From positions 15,624,001-15,688,000 of the forward strand of contig OX597822.1 of the NCBI GenBank assembly GCA_951406725.2: DNA of 64,000 nucleotides. Reading direction: 5' to 3'. Source of the stretch: Octopus vulgaris. Its lineage: Eukaryota. Made by a program: the position numbers and the translations under genes. Below the pieces are notes generated by a model, which worked only from the letters and a program-made list of their open reading frames with translations, was not told where the DNA came from and made no database searches. Shown in pieces: positions 53,199 through 64,000 of the stretch (its first letter is position 1; every line of letters begins with the position of its first letter).

Positions 53199-53702
53199 TG
53201 GCCTCATGGAGCTGACCAGCGGCAGCGATTATTCTTATATCTATAAGAATGCCATATTAATATGGCGATAACAATTAATTTCCAGTAAACGCTGCCGTAA
53301 TCTCTTTTATAGAGACTTAGTAATTTTAATATTTCTATTATTGAAAATAAGTGGATGTATTCCATTGACACTAGGTAAATAGAAACCTTCGAACAGAGAC
53401 GTCAGTGGCGACACCTGCGAGTCTGACTGCGCTACATTGACAAGGGGCAATACCCCGAAACACGTCTGTAGCTGTCGGACTGGCAGTGTGAAACGGCTGA
53501 CCTCCCTTGTTCGAAGGTTATAATGGATACAGATCGTGTATCAATAGCTATCTTGATGGCAGTGGCCTCATGGAGCTGACCAGCGGCAGCGATTATTCTT
53601 ATATCTATAAGAATGCCATATTAATATGGCGATAACAATTACTTTCCAGTAAACGCTGCCGTAATCTCTTTTATAGAGACTTAGTAATTTTAATATTTCT
53701 AT

Positions 53703-53705
<3 letters not shown>
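53199..53705 (+). mobile_element. Retrozyme-like / Penelope pseudo-LTR module: 364-nt unit with 143-bp terminal direct repeat
   Basis: 53199-53341 equals 53563-53705 (1 mismatch), offset 364; central hammerhead motif; many internal hairpins; ends in (TA)n. Confidence 0.8.
53431..53472 (+). ncRNA. Minimal type I hammerhead ribozyme motif, two core substitutions
   Basis: GCUACA-UUGACAA-GGGG-caaua-CCCC-GAAA-CACG-UC-UGUAGC. Stem I 6 bp and stem II 4 bp perfect; GUC site ends at 53466; UUGACAA vs canonical CUGANGA. Confidence 0.8.
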
Positions 53706-53736
<31 letters not shown>

Positions 53737-54244
53737 CATATATGCCTCCCCACACACACACATATATATATATATAAATTTATATATACATATATATGTG
53801 TGTGTGCGTATGTATATACGTGTGCATATGTGTGCATATGTATATACGTGTGCATACGTGTGCATATATGTGTGCATATGTATATACATTAACCAGTGTT
53901 TGCTTTGAAGGGAGATGATAGAGTAATATAGAAAAAATATTTGCGATTAAGTTGTGTTATATTAGAATCCTGCTTCTTTTCAAGATCGTTTTGATTTGTA
54001 TCAAATTGAGATTTGTTTATTCTGTTGTTATTAATGTTCAATTCACATAAATAAAGGCGTGTGACACGTTCTAAAAACAACGGAAAAAGGGTAACGAATA
54101 TTTTTACTCTCATTTGTTTGTCTTGTTTTTTTAAATTTTTTATAACGGTGTGCCTTCTGATCTGAACGTTATTCTTCAACAATCATAATCGTTTTTTTAG
54201 TGTCTAATAATACATTTATGAAGCTTATAACATCGCGTGTAATA

Positions 54245-54639
54245 TCTTTATATATAAAAGAGAGGTTGTGTGATGTCTGTCTCCTACGATTTAGATTCCT
54301 AACTATTCCCACATTTTGCGGTGCAGTTTAACCAAAACCGGGTATCTTATAGTCGTGATTCATATCGAGCCCTTCTGGGTATTAGCGCGCGTCTACAATG
54401 AGTCTACCATTTTAAAAAGAATTTACCATCAATTTTTCCTATTTTTAATGCATTTTTGGCATATATAAGGGAAGTAACTCTCTAAAAATTTATTATTAAA
54501 TCTCAGAACGTAAAAAGCTACAGTAACCCCCCCCCTTGTGGCTAGCCATATTGAGATGGCTATTATACTTTACATCTCTAAAAATGCTTATATAGTTATT
54601 TCCCTTACAAACCCGAGCAACGCCGGGCGATACTGCTAG
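54245..54639 (+). mobile_element. Complete non-autonomous Helitron (395 bp)
   Basis: Starts A|TCtttatatataaaag, ends CTAG|T, subterminal hairpin cccgagcaacgccggg (54612-54627), no TSD. Confidence 0.9.
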
Positions 54640-54894
54640 TTTTGTATAAATTTCGAACTAAATAAATGCCAAGCAACTAGTTAGATTTGCCTTAAGGCAT
54701 AGTTTTACTGCGTAGGTAAAGGCAGCGAGCGGTCGGTGTATGTTAAATTCATTCATACAAGGAATAATTTTCAAATGAAATCTTTTTGAATAAAGTTATC
54801 TGGATATTTCTCTATAATTTCTATGATCTTGTAAGATATTTGAACTGGGTTTTCGGAACTGTTATGTATTTATAAATGCATATTGTTTTTATTC

Positions 54895-55070
54895 TTTCTT
54901 ATTCTTATTCTTAATCAATTGACTGCGGCGTTACTGGAGCAACGCCTTTAGTCGAACAAATCGACCACAGGACTAAGTCTAGTACTTATCAGCCACTTTG
55001 GCCGAACCGCTAAGTTACGGGGACGTAAACACACCAACGTTAGTTTTCAAGCGATGGTGTGGACGAACAG
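54895..55070 (-). mobile_element. CORE-like SINE 3' fragment
   Basis: ttgactgcggcg..ctggagcaacgcctttagtcgaacaaatcgacc...gccgaaccgctaagttacggggacgtaaacacacc. Confidence 0.8.
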
Positions 55071-55473
55071 ATCCTTAACGAGTGGAATACTTAACAACTG
55101 GTCAGAAGCATCCGAGGAGCAGATGTGTCTCTTCGGGCGATAAATAAATATTACTCGTTAAAATAACATCTCATTTCGTGTAAAGAAAAGCCGCGAAACA
55201 AAGTAGATATTTTCCAAAATAAAATAAAAATAAAATAACAAATGTAGAAAAAGAAACGAAAACGTAATATAGCGAGAAAAGTATTGAAAATAACTAAACA
55301 GATATGGATGTGTAAACGCTCTCCTGCAAGCTGCAGGGCGCATGTACGCTCGTTCATACCAGCGTCCACGAAGAAGGACGCTTGTATTCTACCATTGAGG
55401 GAGCGATAACTTCCGTTAGTAATCAATATAAATTCTCGTATCTTCCATTTTCATTTGACACACACACACACAG

Positions 55474-55557
<84 letters not shown>

Positions 55558-55650
55558 TTCAGCAAATGTTTAGATTCAAATGAATATAGTACTTAATTTA
55601 GATGCACCAGAATTCTGTATGGTGCTATCCATAAAAATCCGTGGGGTGAT

Positions 55651-55770
55651 TATAATCAAAATAAGCAACAAGAATGACTCCGGAATTTTGGTACGATCGT
55701 CTCTTACTACATCATTTTATTAAATGTTGTAAGTATTACAACAGTTTTAAAATGCTGAGCCAATTATAGA
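55651..55770 (-). mobile_element. Diverged relative of the 16830-16950 hammerhead module
   Basis: Shares terminus tataatcaaaataagcaacaag and gtacgatcgt; minus strand gaga-cgatcgta-ccaa, long stem II, CUGA box lost. Confidence 0.6.
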
Positions 55771-55850
55771 GGTTTTCCATTAATACAAAAATTTCATATC
55801 AAGTGGCAACATTATAGAGAAGGTAGATACATAGACAAAGATGTAGATTT

Positions 55851-55900
<50 letters not shown>

Positions 55901-55959
55901 CAATTGAGGGTAAAATTAATTAATTAATCAATTTCACCAAGTGTTCAGTATATATATAT

Positions 55960-56127
55960 ATGGATCAAAGCAGTTTGATTAAGATTCGTTGATACTCTTG
56001 AGTTTCATGCGTGATACTAATCGCCAGCGATTTTCAATTTGAATCCAAATTTAAAATGGCTGACGATTAACATCACACTTGAAACTCAAGAGTATCAACG
56101 TATTTGAATCAAACTGTTTTGATCCAT
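55960..56127. mobile_element. 168-bp fold-back (MITE-like hairpin)
   Basis: atggatcaaagcagtttgatt..cgttgatactcttgagtttca / tgaaactcaagagtatcaacg..aatcaaactgttttgatccat; paired to the centre at ~56043. Confidence 0.85.
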
Positions 56128-56172
56128 GCATTTAACTCTCAATAAATTGGGTAAGGGCCGTTCTTTTGTGTG

Positions 56173-56223
<51 letters not shown>

Positions 56224-56291
56224 CATATGCATATGTATATATACATATGTATATTTATGTATATATATATATGTATATACATATGTATATT

Positions 56292-56333
<42 letters not shown>

Positions 56334-56639
56334 ATGTATGTATATATATATGTATATATATGTAGATTTATATATATATATGTATATTTATATATATATA
56401 TATGTATATTTGAATTAGGGTAAATGTTTTTAAATTTTCATTTAATTTCTGAATTACTACTACTTAGCGGTTTGAGTCCTGGCTGCTTCTTCTTGTGGGC
56501 CGAATGGCCTATTAAGGCCATTCCTTAATTGTTGTTGAATTTATACATATAGTCATTGACTATTTTCTCTTTCCCACTAGACCGCTGGTAGCGATAAATT
56601 TCTATTGAATTTTTTGCTACCCTAAATTGATATGCATAC

Positions 56640-56718
56640 ATATGTGTATATATATATATATATGTATATATATGTATGTATATATATATATATGTATGTA
56701 TATATATATATATGAATG

Positions 56719-56753
<35 letters not shown>

Positions 56754-56774
56754 ATTAATATATGAATGTATATG

Positions 56775-56809
<35 letters not shown>

Positions 56810-56832
56810 GTGTGCGTATTAATATATGAATG

Positions 56833-56877
<45 letters not shown>

Positions 56878-56890
56878 ATTAATATATGAA

Positions 56891-56939
<49 letters not shown>

Positions 56940-56954
56940 ATTAATTTATGAATG

Positions 56955-57025
<71 letters not shown>

Positions 57026-57031
57026 ATATAT
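56640..57031. repeat. Higher-order microsatellite (about 60-bp units of (TA)n(TG)n plus tattaatatatgaatg)
   Basis: Motif gtattaatatatgaatgtatatg recurs near 56752, 56816, 56876 and 56938. Confidence 0.85.
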
Positions 57032-58378
57032 AATCCTTAGTTATATGTGAAAGAATCAGAAAAAGTGGAAACGAATCTAAAAGAGGAATATTTCCTGTAT
57101 CAGATTGATATACATTATGATATATAAGAAATTTTTTGAAATGGTTAAATGTACCGCTTGTTTGGAAAGGCAAAGATTAAATCGTGCAAGCACTATCAGA
57201 GGCGTTTCGGCTTAGATTTATTCTAAGTAGATTATTTTGAGCATTCCAGCCAATGTTGCATACACAATATTTCAAATGTTTGATATTATATGTAAAACAA
57301 ATTTAAGTTTGAAAATAATAGCTATATATTTCCGAAAAAAACGAAAGATTATTATTTTTTCATTCCTTACAAACACAATGCACAATTACGTTTCGCCGTT
57401 ACTAGACACCTTGGCGTCGTCAGAGACAATGAATTTAAAATAGCTTCTCCAGTATTGTCTAACTTCTTTTCGAAGTTACTCAAAGAATTATAGTAATTCG
57501 GTATAATTCAAAACAGGAAGATATTGAGGTAATATATTTATAGCGCATGCAGAATGCTGTCGACTTAAAAAGGAAACCATGAAATGTGATTGTATTACAA
57601 ATTTGAACATGAATTTACGTCTACCTCTCCATACTAATAAAAAACATTTATTAGCATTTCATCTTTTATTAATAAATTTTCTGTAGAGAGAAGATGAGAA
57701 AATGTCAGTTTAAGGGGTTTAGCAATTTTCATCAAAACGGATATAGCATTTAAGTGCACAATCAGTGATCAATTGGAACTAAAATTGATTCTCATACTCG
57801 AAAACTTATGCAAAGTTTTCTCTTTAACTGGATGTTAAATGCATGAAGCCTTCCTATTTTTTCCATTGATATGAATATATATATATATATATATATGCTT
57901 ATATATGTGTGTATGTATACATACAGACACGCATATATAAATATACGTGTGTGAATACATATATATATATACACACATGCACACACATCTGTGAGTGTAT
58001 GTATGCATCTATGTATGTATATGCCGTTTTGAATCTCACTATTGTTCTACGTTAATGCAGTTATGAATAAAAATAATGAGATACAGATACTCTGGCATTA
58101 TTTTGTTCTTCATATAAACAATAACAAACAAATACTGAATATACAGGATTGCATCTGAATATTTGACAATATGAGATCACTTCAAATATTCGTTCATCTG
58201 CGCATGACTTAATACCAGTTAACATTGATTTATTGAAATAATCTATTGCGCACGTGAATATATGAATAACAAATGTTATTCTATCATAATTGAGGTATAC
58301 ATAGCTTCATGAGATTTGCTTAAAACAAATTTTATATCGGTTTTTATTGAAAGAAATAAAGAGAAACACATTATAAAA

Positions 58379-58471
58379 TATTATCATTATTATCGTTATT
58401 ATTATTACTATTATTATTATTATTATCATTATTACTATTAATATTATTATTATTATTATTACTATTATTAC

Positions 58472-58513
<42 letters not shown>

Positions 58514-58570
58514 TACTACTACTATTATTATTATTATTACTATTAATATTATTAATATTATTATTAATGA
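58379..58570. repeat. (ATT)n/(ACT)n trinucleotide tract
   Basis: Direct reading. Confidence 0.95.
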
Positions 58571-59449
58571 TTATGAATAGTGGTTAGTCGATAGTTTGTA
58601 GAATCATATAAATTGTTTTGATTAATATATTAGTCTTGTACTGCTTTCATAAACACTCTGTACTATTAATGGTGTGAGTGATCAACGTGGAAATATAAAG
58701 AAGAACGTATCACTGTCATTTATCTTCTCTGTTGAATTTCCTCTCTTTTCGTTTAATTAATATTTAACATTTGATGTAAATATATATTCAAAGGAAAATA
58801 TATATAAACTATATAATTATGCATTAATCATGGGAGTGCTTACTGAAAGCGAAATAGATATAGCGAAAACAAAATATCTGCGTCAGAGACAAATTATTTC
58901 TAACGACGTCTTTAATTATGATATGTATTATATAAATATATTAGAAAGACAGAACTCGGGGAATATTGTGTCCTTGCATAAGAGAAGCCTGACATCAATT
59001 GAAATGACTATTGAGATCTATATCTTATCTATTATCGTGAAACATTATTTCATTTATGGACACACGTGATGAAATGTTGATTCCGGGAACTACATAATTG
59101 CTATGGTATTAAGTACGAAAAGGTTTTATTGATATCAGAAAGTAGAAAGCGAAGTTTGAGAACAGGAGTAGTTAAAATGAGAATAAGGATTGTGTGAACA
59201 ATAGATACATTTAACTTCTAATCAAACTTACGGTCGACTATTATGATCTTCAATGCAGAAAGTAAAATGATGCTCTCGGTGAAAGTCTTATTTTCCTGTT
59301 AGAATGACAAAGAATACCTATAGTCAAAGGCAAATCCTGCACGTAACCATAGAAATGCCTGTTATTAAGAAACATACTCTAGTTGGTGTCCAATTACACC
59401 CCCAGATCAGATCGGAAGACATTTTCCAGACCAGTGTGTTTAAAAGAGT

Positions 59450-59481
<32 letters not shown>

Positions 59482-59652
59482 CACGCACATATCTACATAC
59501 CTGCACATGTACATATATACACACACGCACACATGTATACATACACACACACGCACACATATATACATACACACACACACACATATATATATATACGTAC
59601 ACACATATACATACACACACACATATATATATACGTACACACACATATACAT

Positions 59653-59705
<53 letters not shown>

Positions 59706-59810
59706 TACACAAACACATATATATGGACATACACACACATATATATGTACATACACACACACACACATATATATATATATATGTACATACATATACACCT
59801 ATATATGTAG

Positions 59811-59842
<32 letters not shown>

Positions 59843-60110
59843 GTACACACACTCATATCTATATGTACATACACAGATATATATATATATATACATACAC
59901 ATATGTACACTCTCACACATATTTATATACACACGCACACACGCATATATATATACACACACACATATATATATATACACGCACAAACACATATATATAC
60001 ACACACATATATATATATACATATACACACATATATACACATACATATATATATACACATATATACACACAGATAAACACACATACACACACATATCATA
60101 TATATGTGTG
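59450..60110. repeat. Long complex (CA)/(TA) microsatellite
   Basis: Direct reading; source of the 100-287 aa H/T/Y/I and V/C/Y pseudo-ORFs. Confidence 0.95.
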
Positions 60111-63100
60111 TGTACGTGTGTTTGTCGAACCGACGAAAACTGTGTTACATATTGGAATATGCAAACAGTTTTAGAAGGTAGCGACATCTAGTAGACTATT
60201 TCATGAAAGTTTAACATAATTTACGTATATACAAAATCGAATGCAAAACAGATATTTTAAATTGCAGCTCGTTGGGACACCTTTTATCAGAAAATATAAC
60301 TTGATATTTGTCTGCTGCAGAGTGCACGTAAGTACGTATATGTATATTCTTCATTCACTGAGCATCAAACTTCCGAATTTTGATATATGAATGAGAGCAA
60401 TCTAAAACAGCAGAATCAACTTTTATGAATGGATAAGCTATATAAACGTTACATGTCTCTGTGAAGAATTATTAATTTTCGTTTCTATATAAATACATAC
60501 ATGCACATGCAGTTCAGGCAGTTTTCCATTATATCAGCATGCTGTAGAACATGCCCTCATCCAAGATGGCCTTGGAATCTCCTTTGTTTTTTCTTTGTTT
60601 TTTGTTGGTTTTTGCATAACACAGATTATGGGAATCACAACTGACGGAGAGTCGTTCCCGACTCATTAAAGTCGATATTGTTAAACTAATTAATAGTCAC
60701 GCTGACGCAGTCCTTACATATTACTTTTGCATTATTTACGCTTTCCCCGTGCGTGTCTTTTGTTATCCAATTATAATATATTATACCTAAGATTATATCT
60801 TTCTACATTTTAATCTGAACAAGAAGTGTTTGCAGGAATTAGAATTTTGATAAAATCTTAACACGTGATTTTGCTTTTTCGAATCCGATGCTGCCATATA
60901 AGTTGGTTTTAGATTATCCCTTCAGCTAATTTAAATTGCGAAATCTAATACGCCTCACTTTTTTTTTCTTTTTCACAGCTTGAAGGCAACAATTCTTTCA
61001 ATAGAGTAGTGATCGAAATCCTTTTTTTTCTCCCATTTTGTAAATAATTTTTCAATCGTATTTAGCTGCTCCGTCAGTTAAGCATTTTTCTACTTCATCT
61101 CATTGTTTTTTACACTTTCTTTACTTTTTTTTTATTTTCAGGAACCATAAGTTTCGCAAAAGAAACGATATTTACGCGTAATTCTTGGTGTAATTCCATG
61201 TGTGTACGCTATGAATCAGGTGTTAAATGTATTGAAGGACAATAATTATCGCTTTTTTATATTTTTATATATCAAAGTCTTAATAAGCAAACCAAGCATA
61301 AATTAAGGAAAGGCGGTAAACGTATTTCAGAAATTGTAAGTAAAGAAAAGAGCAAATTACACAACAAAAATAATATAAAAGAACTGCGTCAGCATGAATA
61401 TAAATTAGTTTAACTATATAAAAGATAATCGTAAGCGATCAACCTAGTTTCATATTTTAGAATTTAGCCAACCACTTCCAAACAAGTGTTTTCTTAAAAT
61501 CTGTAACATTTGTTAAAACCTATATCGCATACCCAAAACAAACATGAATATTTTAATCAATTCAAGAAATTATCATCTCCTGTTGTTTAATATACAGGGT
61601 AATGAGGCTTTTGTTGTATACAAATCCGCACAAATAAAATATTATTTTCGTAACACTCTAACACCCAAGTACATCATGGAAGAAACACTAAACAAATTAC
61701 TCTAATTGAAAGATTTATATAATGCATTTGTACAGAACATGAATTACATTTTCCGAGAATATTTCAAAGCATATATTGACATGGCTTGGCTTTAAATCTA
61801 ACATATCAATTTGCTCCACTTCGTTTACAAATCTGTACAGTTATTTTAACTTGCGCACTTGCAAGTAAACGTTTTATTATGTTCGAAACATTTGCGATAG
61901 ACTAGAAACTTTCTCAAAACTTGCAGTATCATCTACAGTGAATAAATTTGGTGGTCCATGTTTTCACTGGTAAGGCTGTTGCTGCTTGTATGTGTAATGC
62001 TGTACGCTGTTGATCACTTGATCATATAACTTACTTTTTAAAAAAATGTAAATTGTAGAAGTTCGGGTAAGGCAATGAAGTTGTTTACGCAAATTATATT
62101 TATCTCTTAAAGTATGTTTTAAAGACAGAGCTATGAATGCTAAAGACCTGGTGTTTTATAGCTGATATATGTATGTATGTACACATTTAGGTGTTGCAAA
62201 TGTTTTTGTTGTTGTTGCTAAATTACATTCAGTGTTTGATCGTGTAAACCTATAATGAACATATTTCCAACCTTAGCCATTTCCACACTGTTAATCATAA
62301 ATATATAGTCCAGCATTTCCTAATTTTGTTGCTATTTCTAACAACTTGATTCAATGGAGGTTGCCATTATCTTGTGGATCAGGGATGTTATATCGTACAT
62401 TACGAGCAACGATGGTAGTTGGTGTCACATCTCCATAGCAGAAATGAAATTGCTTCAAGTTTCCTTGATACGAAAACTATAGGATGTATAATTTTTAACG
62501 ATTTGGTTGATATATCTTACACATAAATCATCTAGGTAGAGTTTTTTTCATTTTCTCAAAGATTTTAGTTGCAGAAATTTATGTAATAACATATGAGCTA
62601 AAACATTATCGATTTATTGATATAAAACTGTTACGCAAAATCATCATAATTTTTTCAACCCAAACGTCACATTCTATACCAAAATAATTTCCCGAGAAAT
62701 CAATTTAATAGCATCTGTTTGTATTATAAAATTTTCCACAAACAATTTTATATATGCTTGCCCCCATAGACATGCAACTAATTGGGATTCATATTTAAAC
62801 AGAAATGTCTCAAATCGATTACTGCTTACATTAATATTATTAGGCGAATGCTATTATTAGGATAATGGTGCTACACATAAACGCTCTTATCTTTTCGCAT
62901 ATAAGGATTTTCCCTTGAAGCCTTTTGTGGCTAGCTTTTAATGGCGTTTGTGAACTTTATCATTGATGGGAGATGAACCCTATTTGAGATCTATGATAAC
63001 TTTACATCAAACTGTCTTAATCTCGCCTTTTCAGTCGTACATATTTGATTGGAACCTTCTTTGATTTTTTTTAAAGGGAAGTTTGGATTTAAGAGAAGTT

Positions 63101-63785
63101 GGCTCTAAATTTTTGCAGCTCAAGTGACCAAATGACATAGACTTTCGACCCTGTGCTACGTTTGTAGATTAGCGAAGTTCGTCCAATGACGGTTAATTTG
63201 TAATGATAGCGTATTTTATATTGCATATGTCCAACAATAGTGTCGTTTCTTAAAAGTTTCCAATAAGCCTAGCATTACATCACTCTTTTTCGCATGTCGA
63301 AGGTGAAAATGGAGTGTCTGATAAATTGGTCCAGGGAAAATAGCCACGATTCGTTCGAAAAGTAAGGGGATTCAGTTTCATTCTTGTTCCATTGTGGATG
63401 TTTATTTACTTTGTCAAATTACACATGCATAAAATCTTCTCACAAGACTCGTACACGCTGAAGCACATACGTACACACATGTGCGCGTGCACTCAGTCAT
63501 ATATGTATGTACATATGTAGATATATATGACTCGATACCGTACAGTTTCCGGCTATCAAATGAAAGACCGCTATCTGACTTCATTTCGGAGATCCTAAGA
63601 TGGGGAAAGGAATGATGAAATTTCATCTCATAACGTTAGAAATAGCTTAATAATTTACCACCTCAAATATGTAGTGCGGAAAACTAATGATTCTGCGAAG
63701 TACTCAACCAATAAAAGCTTTACTACAAGAACGAAAACAACAACTGCGGCTACTACTTTCTAATAATAATAATAATAATAATAAT

Positions 63786-64000
63786 AGTGATTTAAAACCG
63801 GAAATTCTAACCCATACATCTCAAGAGCAAGTACTACGTACAAATTACATACAATACAAAATAGACAAAACATCACAAAGTGATAAGTGCAGAATTTGGG
63901 AACAAAATGGTGAAACCGTATGGCATATTACCAGCCAATATACGCCACCAACCCAGAAGGAATATAAGACAAGGCACGACAATATAACAAGATAATGAAA
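63786..64000 (+). mobile_element. 5'-truncated R4/Dong-like fragment starting in (TAA)n, runs off the window
   Basis: DLKPE..QEQVLRTNY..DKCRI..ETVWHITS..EYKTRHD parallels GLKSETEG..QDQCLPTRNY..CRVC..RHD at 22646-22845; preceded by (AAT)n at 63761-63786. Confidence 0.85.

Noticed and set aside
59304-60191. Long ORFs (up to 287 aa) and similar YI/HT/CV/RE-rich ORFs throughout the window
   Set aside because: Translations of dinucleotide microsatellites that lack stop codons.

Overview
AT-rich, microsatellite-dense eukaryotic DNA with no intact host protein-coding gene. The SINE families look like those I recall from Octopus/coleoid cephalopods; this is an inference, not a database result. Nearly all ORFs in the track are translations of (TA)n/(CA)n/(AG)n tracts or decayed transposons. 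Recognisable content: (i) many tRNA-derived SINE copies from at least 3-4 families; (ii) a decayed CR1/L2-type LINE split by a nested 2.7-kb R4/Dong-type restriction-like-endonuclease retrotransposon sitting in (TAA)n, plus other RLE, RTE and APE-LINE fragments; (iii) two non-autonomous mariner derivatives; (iv) a Helitron Pif1-helicase remnant and a complete 395-bp non-autonomous Helitron; (v) Penelope-like GIY-YIG and RT remnants; (vi) several long fold-back palindromes. The most notable signal is about 10 type I hammerhead-ribozyme motifs from several unrelated sequence families, four of them nearly complete (713-764 minus, 16865-16950 minus, 26492-26577 plus, 53431-53472 plus). They have short palindromic stem III and sit in short non-coding modules that mostly end at (TA)n tracts. 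One module (53199-53705) is a highly structured 364-nt unit present as about 1.4 tandem copies, the architecture of a non-LTR retrozyme or Penelope pseudo-LTR. All structures were paired by eye; no folding or homology search was run.
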